Shown here: in pieces, positions 10,551 through 19,391 of the stretch
Numbering within the stretch: position 1 is the stretch's first letter
How the letters are laid out: every line of letters begins with the position of its first letter
NCBI GenBank assembly: GCA_046153645.1
Contig: JBJXGI010000053.1
Coordinates: forward strand, 1 to 64,000
Direction of reading: 5' to 3'
Length of the DNA stretch: 64,000 bases
DNA from: Elusimicrobiota bacterium
GTDB lineage: Bacteria > Elusimicrobiota > Elusimicrobia > F11
The notes under the pieces: model-generated
Database searches by the model: none
The model's input: only the letters and a program-made list of their open reading frames with translations
Told to the model about the DNA's origin: nothing
Translations under genes and position numbers: made by a program

Positions 10551-10961
10551 TTACGCGTTGTTGGGAGAGGTTTTTACTGCTGAATCAGCTGCACTTGGAG
10601 TGGCACCTGCTGCCACAGCATCCCCTTGTGGTTTGCGCACATAAGGTGGCTTTAAATCAACTTTATCTGTGGTTTGAAATCTAATGACAAAATCTGTGAC
10701 CCTAAATAGAGTTTTCAATGCTTCAGGGCCTTTATTATTGGAAGTGTAATCAATAAATATATACAAACCGTCTTTATGATGTTTAACCTGATAGGTTAAT
10801 CTTCGACGACCCCACACTTGAAAACTGCGGAGTACACCTTTATTTTGTTCTAGTGTTGCTTTAATTTTTTCAATAAACCCGTCGATTGTTTTCTGGGGCG
10901 TATCCGAAGGACAAATTAATAGACTTTCGTATGCGCGCTCTTCTGATAGCGTTTTCGCCAT
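10551..10961 (-). CDS. rpsF: 30S ribosomal protein S6
   Basis: RAYE, WGRRRLTY.V and G.Y motifs; operon position. Confidence 0.93.
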   Translation of the reverse strand: MAKTLSEERAYESLLICPSDTPQKTIDGFIEKIKATLEQNKGVLRSFQVWGRRRLTYQVKHHKDGLYIFIDYTSNNKGPEALKTLFRVTDFVIRFQTTDKVDLKPPYVRKPQGDAVAAGATPSAADSAVKTSPNNA

Positions 10962-11066
10962 GATACTGGATACTCCAAATAAATAAATTCACCAAACCAC
11001 TTTCGACAGTGTTGAAGGGATTGTTAAACACTTCAGACCGGGCAGGTGTTCTTGAGACAAGGTGCA

Positions 11067-11095
11067 TTTATACCTTTTTCACCCCTGAGAATCAA
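11067..11095 (-). promoter_or_regulatory. Putative sigma70 promoter of the rpsF operon
   Basis: TTGATT-17 nt-TATAAA on the minus strand. Confidence 0.55.
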
Positions 11096-11129
11096 GGAAA
11101 AAATGATGCTTTATTTAAGAAACTTGGCA

Positions 11130-12560
11130 TCAGGAGTTCATTTTTCGAACAACGCTCAACATCACCTCATGGGTATCAGCCGATTTTATCTCTAAAAAGG
11201 AATTGGTTTGATCCGTGCGCATTCGGGGTAATCTCTCAACAATAAATGAAATATGGGAATACCGGTGAGCAAAATATCCGCACAATGCTTCACCGGCTGC
11301 TTTGGCACATATATACTCAGAGTACCAAGGCGTTGCTTCATTTAAATAGATGGTTGAAGGGTAAAATAACCGAATCATGGGGCCGTCCGCCAAAACTTTA
11401 CATATTGAGTCCAAAGCAAGAACATAAAACGAAAAAAACTCATCAAACAAATTTCGATCAAACTGAGAGCTTCTGTTACTTTGAATAATAGGAGAAGAAA
11501 AATAATAAACATGGGTTGGGGGATACTCATGTTTTATTAAATCTTCTAGGTTTTTCAAGGAATGTTGAATATTAAGCTGAAAAGATCGAGCCACCCCACC
11601 ACTACCGTTAATTTCATCGACTACCTTCTGAGCATCTAGCTCTCCCGTATTATAGGTAATGACAGATTGCCCGCCTCCTGCGGCCACAATTTTTGCAACA
11701 GACTCACCTAATCCACGCGATCCCCCAATAATCAGAGCCTTTTGTTGAGAAAATTCTTTTTTCTTAACAATCAATTGAAGGTCAGTCATTTTTATTTGCT
11801 CTACTGGTGAAGGTCGGTAGAAAGCATTTAAACTTCCTTCAATTCCCGCGCCATTTATTGAAATCTTTATTGGTAAACTTGGCATCGAATGACGAATCGT
11901 TCGAAAGCGAAGATGCGAATTAACCTGCGATACAAAAAAAACCTCAAGCCCAGAAAAAATCGAATTAAGGCCAGGACACCTCATCCCCACTAACCGAGAA
12001 AGCCCCAACAAAGCAGCGACACGAAGATTCCCTATCGCATGAACAAGATGGGGGAATTTTTCTTGAAGTACAAAAGAATCAGCACCTATCTCTTCAACCC
12101 CTTCAAAACTTGATAGATCCGAAAAAGAATGTTGATCAGGAATATGAGAGTTTTTTTTAGACGAAAGAGGACAATCATCAGAAAATATTTCTTCGCTTAA
12201 AGCCAATTCAATTGAAATCAAAACTTTTGACTGATTGTATATTTCCAATAAAAACTCGGAGCCCTTTTCTTTTTGAACAATCGTCACTTCATCAGAGAGA
12301 TGAACAGGATGGATAAACAAGACTTTAAGCTTAGATAAACTTTTGACTTCAACTCTTTCAAAAAAAGAATTTAAAGCCCACATTAACACATGAATCCCGT
12401 GAACAACTTGACCATATTGTGTTCGCCGGGCTTGAATAGGGTCAACATGGATGGGATTCCAGTCTCCAGATAAATGTGCAAACCAAATCTGGTCGGCAGA
12501 AGAGAAAAACCGACTTGGAAAATCTCCTAGATTTTTCATCTCTTCCATTTTTAATCCCAA
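11130..12560 (-). CDS. MaoC-like dehydratase fused to a short-chain dehydrogenase domain
   Basis: FAHLSGDWNPIH...VVHG (MaoC hotdog motif) and ALIIGGSRGLG...Y...K (SDR). Confidence 0.8.
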   Translation of the reverse strand: MGLKMEEMKNLGDFPSRFFSSADQIWFAHLSGDWNPIHVDPIQARRTQYGQVVHGIHVLMWALNSFFERVEVKSLSKLKVLFIHPVHLSDEVTIVQKEKGSEFLLEIYNQSKVLISIELALSEEIFSDDCPLSSKKNSHIPDQHSFSDLSSFEGVEEIGADSFVLQEKFPHLVHAIGNLRVAALLGLSRLVGMRCPGLNSIFSGLEVFFVSQVNSHLRFRTIRHSMPSLPIKISINGAGIEGSLNAFYRPSPVEQIKMTDLQLIVKKKEFSQQKALIIGGSRGLGESVAKIVAAGGGQSVITYNTGELDAQKVVDEINGSGGVARSFQLNIQHSLKNLEDLIKHEYPPTHVYYFSSPIIQSNRSSQFDRNLFDEFFSFYVLALDSICKVLADGPMIRLFYPSTIYLNEATPWYSEYICAKAAGEALCGYFAHRYSHISFIVERLPRMRTDQTNSFLEIKSADTHEVMLSVVRKMNS

Positions 12561-12572
12561 ACCGTTAAAAGA

Positions 12573-12887
12573 TTATTTAGGGTGATAGAACTTCTGAACC
12601 AACGCTTCCACTACTTGAGCCAACTTAAAATCTAATTCTGATACCCCGCGAGCCGTATGAGTCCAATAACGAACTTCAACTCGCTTAAAATTCATAATAA
12701 TATCAGGATGATGGTTATTTTCTTCAGCGGCCAATCCAACTTGATAAACGAAATCTAAAGCATCTTTATAAGAGGGAAAGGTTTGAACTCGAACCAAAGC
12801 ATTCCCAATATGCTTCCATTCACCAAGAAATTTTAAGCGTTGCTCAATTTCATTGAGCGCGAGTGGTGCTTTCAAATGATCAGTCAT
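12573..12887 (-). CDS. Pterin-4-alpha-carbinolamine dehydratase
   Basis: AEENNHHPDI...YWTH...GVSELDFKLA. Confidence 0.9.
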   Translation of the reverse strand: MTDHLKAPLALNEIEQRLKFLGEWKHIGNALVRVQTFPSYKDALDFVYQVGLAAEENNHHPDIIMNFKRVEVRYWTHTARGVSELDFKLAQVVEALVQKFYHPK

Positions 12888-13834
12888 TAAGCGCTGACCT
12901 TTTTATCTAATGCATTAACTAATTCTTGGACCGCCTGGACTGACTTCTTCAGGGCTTGATCTTCTTCAGTATTCAGTTTAATTTGAATAATTTCCTCAAC
13001 ACCTTTTGCGCCTAATTTTACAGGAACGCCCACAAACAATCCTTGAACGCCATATTCCCCTTCCAATAAAACCGTGCAAGGAAGAATTTTCTTTTTATCT
13101 AGGACAATGGCTGAAATCATCTCACAAACAGAAACGGAAGGAGCGTAATAGGCTGAACCCTTTTCTAACAACTTAACAATTTCAGCCCCTCCATCTTTGG
13201 TTCTTTGCATAATGGCAGCAACCTTTTCTTTTGATAAAAGTTCTGTAATAGGAATGCCCGATACAGTGGAAAAGCGCGGAAGAGGCACCATGGTGTCTCC
13301 ATGCCCACCCAAAACAAAAGCGTGAATATTTTCAACTGAAACGTGAAGCTCTTGCGCAATGAAAGTTCTCATTCGAGCTGAATCTAGCACACCCGCCATA
13401 CCAATAATTCTTTCTTTTGGAAGGCCTGTGACTCGATGAACAACAGTACACATGGCATCTAGCGGATTACTAACAACAATAACAATAGCTTGAGGCGATT
13501 TTTGTTTAATTTTTAAAGCGACATCTCCAACAATCTTTGAATTAATTTGAAGCAAATCATCTCTCGACATTCCTGGCTTACGAGGAACACCCGCAGTAAT
13601 GACAACAAAATCTGACCCATCCGCGAGTGCCCAATCTGTTCCTCCTGTTACCAAAGTATCGTAACCATAAACAGGACCGGCTTCCAAAATATCTAACGCT
13701 TTACCAGCAGGCATTCCCCCCATTTCTGGAATATCAATTAAAACCACATCAACTAAATTTTCAATCGCCAATGCCTGAGCCAAAGAAGCACCGACATTTC
13801 CAGCGCCAACAACTGTTACTTTTTTTCTACTCAT
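12887..13834 (-). CDS. mdh: Malate dehydrogenase (LDH-like)
   Basis: [32 protein letters not shown]; start ATG at 13834 has a GGAG RBS. Confidence 0.95.
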   Translation of the reverse strand: MSRKKVTVVGAGNVGASLAQALAIENLVDVVLIDIPEMGGMPAGKALDILEAGPVYGYDTLVTGGTDWALADGSDFVVITAGVPRKPGMSRDDLLQINSKIVGDVALKIKQKSPQAIVIVVSNPLDAMCTVVHRVTGLPKERIIGMAGVLDSARMRTFIAQELHVSVENIHAFVLGGHGDTMVPLPRFSTVSGIPITELLSKEKVAAIMQRTKDGGAEIVKLLEKGSAYYAPSVSVCEMISAIVLDKKKILPCTVLLEGEYGVQGLFVGVPVKLGAKGVEEIIQIKLNTEEDQALKKSVQAVQELVNALDKKVSA

Positions 13835-13850
13835 ACCCAACTCCTTTAAA

Positions 13851-14642
13851 TTATTTATTTTCAAATTGAATATAAACTTTCTTTTCTATTAATTCATCTT
13901 TATTCTTCAATTGAATGGTCCAAAGATAATTAGATTCTTTAATATAAAAAACCTCAATGGCAACTTTATTTGAATGGCCCTTTTTCATCGCTTTAAATAA
14001 AGACTGGTGATCATATTTAAATTTTTTGACAGGAATATCATTAAGAGAAGTTCTTCTCCCTTCTTTCCAAAAACCAAGAGGCGGCTGAGACTCTAATACC
14101 AATCCAAAACCCCATGCCGGGGCTGTGCTATTGCGTACAATTTCAATGTCACATTGTGCCTTTTTAAAGCGAGAATCTATTTTTATAACGTCCTCTCCTA
14201 ACTCTTGACCATTTATTTTGATAAGGAAAATATCGGAGTTTTTTACCAATGACGCGCTCTCTGAAAGAGCTTCTAGAGAAGGTTCAACAACTGACTGTCC
14301 AGGGAGAAAACCCAAAATAGCGGCAGATCTTTCTTTATGTAACTTCTGAAAATCAGGGTTTAAAACAATATCTGTTAACTCAACATAAGCCACATTTAAA
14401 GCGTTATCAAGCCGGATCAAAGAAGTTTTTTTGAGTTCCCCATCAGTCAAACCAGCCAAAAGCGTTTGGGAAAAGTCGAGGGCCAATCTAGCAGGAATTA
14501 ATACACCTTTATCTGCAGAAATAAAAATTTGAGACTTCCCCTCTCTTAAAGCCTGTTCGTTTTCATAAACGATAACAGGTGAAGAAGCAAAAGTTTTAAC
14601 TGAAACAAAACCACACAAAACCAAGAAAATAATTTTTTTCAT
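13851..14642 (-). CDS. Hypothetical exported protein
   Basis: 263-aa ORF with signal-peptide-like N-terminus; no family recognised. Confidence 0.6.
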   Translation of the reverse strand: MKKIIFLVLCGFVSVKTFASSPVIVYENEQALREGKSQIFISADKGVLIPARLALDFSQTLLAGLTDGELKKTSLIRLDNALNVAYVELTDIVLNPDFQKLHKERSAAILGFLPGQSVVEPSLEALSESASLVKNSDIFLIKINGQELGEDVIKIDSRFKKAQCDIEIVRNSTAPAWGFGLVLESQPPLGFWKEGRRTSLNDIPVKKFKYDHQSLFKAMKKGHSNKVAIEVFYIKESNYLWTIQLKNKDELIEKKVYIQFENK

Positions 14643-15271
14643 TTTTTATCCTTTTTCTTTTCCAACCACCAAGTTGGCAGTTGAATCTGAGCTTTAAACA
14701 CTACATTCTCAGCTGCCGCAATCAATTTTTTTCTTCTTTCTTTAGGATCTGATATTGAATTTAATAACTCATCTCGCAACAACTTAAGATCTTCTAAAAA
14801 TTCTTCAATAGGTTCTTCGCAAAGAGATAATTCCAACCCCTCTCGAATCTTCTTGGCCACCGTTGGCGCTACACCATTGGTTGCAACCGAGATCGTTAAA
14901 AAACCTTTTTGAAAAATAGACTGATTAACAATATCGCAATATTCCGGTTGATCGATAGCGCAAAGAAGTATATTTTTTTCAGAACATAAACGGACTATTT
15001 TTTCTGTTAATTCAACATGAGATAAACACAAAAAAACCAGAAATTTCCCATCCAAGTCAGAGGGATCAAACGCGCGCAAAAAAAACTGAATTCCTTTTTG
15101 TTTTAGGTGGGATAATTTTTCCTCAGGAATGACCTCAGCGACAATAGTCACCTTCGCGCCAAAAGAAGCCAATCGCTCAGCTTTTTCAAAAGCCTCGAAA
15201 TCATTTCCAATAACCAAACAAAAGCGATTCTTAATATTGAGGCCCATGGGAAAGTATAAAGTTTTATCCAT
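14639..15271 (-). CDS. Precorrin-2 dehydrogenase/sirohydrochlorin ferrochelatase-like (SirC/Met8p, CysG N-terminal-like)
   Basis: YFPMGLNI...CLVIG, D.PEYCD and ISVATNGVAP.VAKKIR motifs. Confidence 0.78.
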   Translation of the reverse strand: MDKTLYFPMGLNIKNRFCLVIGNDFEAFEKAERLASFGAKVTIVAEVIPEEKLSHLKQKGIQFFLRAFDPSDLDGKFLVFLCLSHVELTEKIVRLCSEKNILLCAIDQPEYCDIVNQSIFQKGFLTISVATNGVAPTVAKKIREGLELSLCEEPIEEFLEDLKLLRDELLNSISDPKERRKKLIAAAENVVFKAQIQLPTWWLEKKKDKK

Positions 15272-15311
15272 AAAAATAAAAAGGGCCCAGTTCGATTAAA
15301 ACTGGACCCTT
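15272..15311 (-). terminator. Intrinsic terminator after korB
   Basis: Minus strand aagggtccagtt-loop-aactgggccctt followed by a U-rich run. Confidence 0.75.
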
Positions 15312-15337
15312 CAAGAGCAATATCTCAATAAACCCTA

Positions 15338-16222
15338 TTATCGGAAACTATCGTACAAAGCGTTCCAATCGTCATTTTTAAGACCTAACTTTTGTTTGGC
15401 GGGTGGGCCAAATTGAAAAGCTGGTTCCATTTCTTCATAAACAGGTTTATCTGTTTCATAAAAAATACCCAATGGAATTCGAGTATCCCATTCCATGGAC
15501 TTTTTTATGGCCAATTCAAAATTATTGATATCGTGCCCTTCGCTATCTAGTTTATAAACTCTTTCCCTGAACCAAGAATAGGTGTTTAGTTTATTGTAAG
15601 TCACACAAGGACTCATAACAACAACAAGAGAAAACCCTTTATGGGCAATAGCTTTTTCCATGATAGAAGCAAGTTGCACACCATCACCTGAAAAACCGCG
15701 AGCCACAAATGAAGCACCCGCCATCAAAGCAACGCCTTCAGGATTAAATGGGAATTCAAAGTTTCCATTGGGAGTTGATTTTGTTTTGTGCAATCGATGA
15801 GTTGTCGGAGAAGCTTGACCTGTGGTTAAACCATATATTTGGTTATTCATAACAATATAAGTTAAATTCACATTTCTTCTCATTGCATGAATGAAATGAC
15901 CTACTCCGATACCAAAACCGTCTCCGTCTCCACCAGTCACAACCACATTTAAATCAGGATTGGCAAGTTTCATTCCAGTAGCAACTCCGATAGAACGACC
16001 ATGAAGGCTATGGAAACCATAAGAGCGAATAAACCCTGGAAGGTTTGATGAACATCCGATCCCGGAAACAACCATCAAATCTTTAGGCTGAATACCAAGA
16101 TTTGAAACGGATTTTTGAAGGGCACTTAAAACACCGAAATCGCCGCATCCCGGACACCAATCGGGTGAAACTTTCGATTTAAATTCTGCTAATGGTACCG
16201 GTGTAGCTGTTGCTGTTGACAT
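15338..16222 (-). CDS. korB: 2-oxoacid:ferredoxin oxidoreductase beta subunit
   Basis: WCPGCG, SGIGCS, GGDGD TPP motif, NNQIYGLTTGQ. Confidence 0.93.
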   Translation of the reverse strand: MSTATATPVPLAEFKSKVSPDWCPGCGDFGVLSALQKSVSNLGIQPKDLMVVSGIGCSSNLPGFIRSYGFHSLHGRSIGVATGMKLANPDLNVVVTGGDGDGFGIGVGHFIHAMRRNVNLTYIVMNNQIYGLTTGQASPTTHRLHKTKSTPNGNFEFPFNPEGVALMAGASFVARGFSGDGVQLASIMEKAIAHKGFSLVVVMSPCVTYNKLNTYSWFRERVYKLDSEGHDINNFELAIKKSMEWDTRIPLGIFYETDKPVYEEMEPAFQFGPPAKQKLGLKNDDWNALYDSFR

Positions 16223-16247
16223 TGAAATCTCCTTTTAATCCTAAATT

Positions 16248-18083
16248 TTAACGAGAGCCGGCGAGTTCAGCTACCTTAGAAGTAGCTTTCCCATCTAAAC
16301 AGGCTTCCACTTGTGCAAGTAAACCTTCAAGCGTATAAGGTTCACCGTCATATTTATTAATGAAGTGATTCATATTGTAGCCAGTTTCCATTCGGATCAC
16401 TTTTGCCATTTGGCTAGAAAAATTAACTTCAACATTAATGGTTTTTTTGCAGGCATTCAGCAACTTTGAAGTCTCTTCTGCGTGCAAGGGCCAGACCGTT
16501 CTAAAATGGATATGGTTAACAATTCTGCCTTTTTTCTCTAAAGCAAAACGAACTTCTTCGAGAATTTGATAGGTTGAACCCCATCCGACAAGGGTAGCAT
16601 CCGCATTCTTCGGACCCGTAACAATAGGACCTGCTGTATCTTTTTCAATTCCCACCATTTTGCGCATGCGTTTATTCATCATTTTAACGCGAGTGGCTTC
16701 ATCAGTGAAAACGTCAGAAATAACAATACCTTCTTCATCGTGTTCATCAGAAGCAGCGACAAACAAAGTATTTTCAGTTCCAGGGAAAGCGCGGGGAGAA
16801 ACACCACTGGGCGTATCTTTAAATCTTAAATAATCCCCAGGATTTTTTTCGAGATGACCCTCTTTGACTGTGAGAGCAGGATCAGAAGGTTTCCAAGAAA
16901 TAACAATTTCACCTCTTTCAATTTTGATATTGGGATGAACCAATCCATCATCAATTGTTTCAGCATGCTCAGAAAGATAAAGGTCGGAAGCGATAATAAC
17001 GGGGATTTGATATTTTTCAGCTAAATTCATGGCATCAACACTGGCGTGATAACAATCTTCTACGGTAATAGGTGCAATGATCGCCTTGGGATAATCACCT
17101 TGACTTGCTCCAATATCTTGGAAAAGATCACCTTGCTCTGATTTAGTAGGAAGGCCGGTTGAAGGACCGCCTCTCATAACGTGAATAACAACGCAAGGAG
17201 TTTCAGTCATAGCAGCCAAACCGATCGCTTCGGTCATAAGTGCAAACCCACCACCGGAGGTTCCCGTCATTGATCTTGCACCAACATGTCCAGCGCCAAC
17301 AGTGGAATTCATAGCTGCAATTTCATCTTCCATCTGCTTCATGACCATTCCATATTTTGCCGCACGAGGAGCCAACCAATGCATAACACTAGAAGCAGGG
17401 GTCATGGGATAAGCAGAATAAAACTTACATCCACCAGCAAGCGCTCCAAAAGCAAGCATGGAGTTTCCGGTTGAAATGGCTCGTTTTTTGCCATCCCCTT
17501 TAAATTTAACATCAAGCGCTTTAAATTGAGACTGCGCAAATTCTTTACCCTTTGTGGCAAGTTTCATATTAAGGTCAGCAATTTCAGTTTTTTTGCTTCC
17601 AAAAATGGACCGAAGTGCACTTTCATAAGTTGCCCAATCAAGACCCAAAATCTGGATCAAGGCACCAGAATCAACTGTATTTTGCATGACGGGGTTTCTT
17701 CCAAATTCTTGAGTGAGTTCATCAACGGGGATTCCGATAATCTGGACATTTTTGCGGATTTTGAGGTTTTCTACTTTAATTTTATCTTTGTTGAAAATAA
17801 TAGCGCCGTTTTCAGCTACTTTTTCTGCATGACGGTCAATGGTATCTTGGTTAAGAGCTACGAGCACATCGGGTTGATCACCTTGAGAGAGCACTTTGTC
17901 TCCACCACCAATTTGTACTTGGTAGTACACATGGCCTCCGCGAATAACCGATTGATAACTGTTATAGGCAAAAACCCATAATCCCATTCTGGAAGCTGTT
18001 TTACAGAAAATATCTCCTGTAGAAGCAATTCCTTCTCCAGCAGCTCCTCCAATCCATACTACAGCGCGGCTTTTCGTAGACAT
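16248..18083 (-). CDS. korA: 2-oxoacid:ferredoxin oxidoreductase alpha subunit (gamma-alpha fusion)
   Basis: IRGGH, YPMTPAS, EDEIAA, TSGGGFALM, RGGPSTGLPT. Confidence 0.93.
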   Translation of the reverse strand: MSTKSRAVVWIGGAAGEGIASTGDIFCKTASRMGLWVFAYNSYQSVIRGGHVYYQVQIGGGDKVLSQGDQPDVLVALNQDTIDRHAEKVAENGAIIFNKDKIKVENLKIRKNVQIIGIPVDELTQEFGRNPVMQNTVDSGALIQILGLDWATYESALRSIFGSKKTEIADLNMKLATKGKEFAQSQFKALDVKFKGDGKKRAISTGNSMLAFGALAGGCKFYSAYPMTPASSVMHWLAPRAAKYGMVMKQMEDEIAAMNSTVGAGHVGARSMTGTSGGGFALMTEAIGLAAMTETPCVVIHVMRGGPSTGLPTKSEQGDLFQDIGASQGDYPKAIIAPITVEDCYHASVDAMNLAEKYQIPVIIASDLYLSEHAETIDDGLVHPNIKIERGEIVISWKPSDPALTVKEGHLEKNPGDYLRFKDTPSGVSPRAFPGTENTLFVAASDEHDEEGIVISDVFTDEATRVKMMNKRMRKMVGIEKDTAGPIVTGPKNADATLVGWGSTYQILEEVRFALEKKGRIVNHIHFRTVWPLHAEETSKLLNACKKTINVEVNFSSQMAKVIRMETGYNMNHFINKYDGEPYTLEGLLAQVEACLDGKATSKVAELAGSR

Positions 18084-18191
18084 AAAATCTCCTTCGTATA
18101 TAACCCCTTCGGTGGTTGAGTCTTGTTCCGTTCATCTATTTGTCGATGACATTTGCCTTTAGATGGGCAAGTTGGGGAGGTAATGGCAGGG

Positions 18192-18220
18192 AAAATATCA
18201 AAATGGATTTCAGGTGTCAA
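18192..18220 (-). promoter_or_regulatory. Putative sigma70 promoter of korAB
   Basis: TTGACA-17 nt-TATTTT on the minus strand. Confidence 0.55.
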
Positions 18221-18244
18221 CGAAATAACCACCTCAGCTGCGCC

Positions 18245-18664
18245 TTACCCCTTTACCCCGCAATGTTTTTCAAGCACCGATAAACGGTATTCGTGGATAA
18301 TTGCGTTTCTATCGAGACTAGCAGTGCCAGCGGCAAACGCATCAACTTGATCCAATATTTTTTGGATATCGTTTTTCGTAGCCATCGTTTCACGGATCTC
18401 TTTTACATCTTCCTGAGTTTTGACCAGAGCAAAAGCAATTCTATTGACTTTTTGATCTAACCCCTCAAATTTTTGATCTAGTCCCTCAAAACGCTGATCC
18501 ATCTTATCGAAACGCTGATCCATCCTATCTAAACGTCCATCCATCTGATCAAAGCGCTGGTCAACTTGTTCAAAACGCTGGTCAATTTGTTTAAACTGAT
18601 CTTGTATTTGCTGGTTCTTTTCGAGAAACAACTTTGTAGTTACATATTTTTCATTTTCTTTCAT
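18245..18664 (-). CDS. Small heptad-repeat coiled-coil protein
   Basis: FEQVDQR/FDQMDGR/LDRMDQR/FDKMDQR/FEGLDQK heptads; GGGAG RBS. Confidence 0.75.
   Translation of the reverse strand: MKENEKYVTTKLFLEKNQQIQDQFKQIDQRFEQVDQRFDQMDGRLDRMDQRFDKMDQRFEGLDQKFEGLDQKVNRIAFALVKTQEDVKEIRETMATKNDIQKILDQVDAFAAGTASLDRNAIIHEYRLSVLEKHCGVKG
18450..18596. repeat. Seven degenerate 21-bp tandem repeats encoding the heptads
   Basis: Units such as ttttgatctaacccctcaaat / ttttgatctagtccctcaaaa / cgctgatccatcttatcgaaa / cgctgatccatcctatctaaa. Confidence 0.8.
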
Positions 18665-18790
18665 TTGTGTTCTCCCTTTTTCGGAGGGTTCAATTTTTGA
18701 GGGGGAGCGTATTCTAGCAGGACTAATAAAAAAGTCAAAATATTTCGTTAATAATCTTGCAAGTTTGTATTTTCAGATTAAAATAACAAC

Positions 18791-19372
18791 ATGGATTTAT
18801 TTTTACTCGCATTTTTACCTTTGTTTGTAGCCATCGACCCTTTTGGGATTATCCCTCTTTTTCTGGGGTTCACCGAAGGGTCAACCAGTGCAGAGAAAAA
18901 GAAATTAGCCATCCAAGCCATTACAACGGCTTTTGTGGTGGGTCTTATTTTTTCAATCGCCGGAAAAATGCTTTTTAAAATCCTAGGGGTCTCCCCAGAA
19001 GATTTTCAAATTGGAGGAGGACTGCTTCTCCTTATATATTCCATTCGCGAAATTTTTGGGCCTACACTGAAGATGACAGACAACCTTTCCTCTGATCGTC
19101 TTATTGGCATTGTACCGCTTGGCGTTCCTCTGATTGCGGGACCTGCCATGATGACAACCATCCTCATCCTTCATACCAGCTATGGCTTCTGGATTACAAC
19201 GGCCGCTCTTGTCGCCAACATGGCCATTACCCTTGGGTTTTTATTATTTTCAGAAAAACTCGTTGAATTTATTGGAGAAATGCCCATGAAAGCCCTCGCC
19301 AAAGTGGTGGCCATCTTTTTGGCAGCTATTGGGGTGATGATGATACGGAAAGGGGTGATGGCGTTTTTTTAG
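18791..19372 (+). CDS. MarC family membrane protein
   Basis: LFVAIDPFG..PLF, FQIGGGLLL, IVPLGVPLIAGPA; the only clear plus-strand gene. Confidence 0.92.
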   Translation: MDLFLLAFLPLFVAIDPFGIIPLFLGFTEGSTSAEKKKLAIQAITTAFVVGLIFSIAGKMLFKILGVSPEDFQIGGGLLLLIYSIREIFGPTLKMTDNLSSDRLIGIVPLGVPLIAGPAMMTTILILHTSYGFWITTAALVANMAITLGFLLFSEKLVEFIGEMPMKALAKVVAIFLAAIGVMMIRKGVMAFF

Positions 19373-19391
19373 TTAAATTATGTTATCTAGT

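Noticed and set aside
18450..18596. 21-bp repeats as a CRISPR array
   Set aside because: Contiguous degenerate units with no spacers, in frame within a coiled-coil CDS.
18672..18707. Hairpin upstream of the coiled-coil gene as a regulatory RNA
   Set aside because: Only a 5-bp ctccc/gggag stem holds on the transcribed strand, which is too weak to support.
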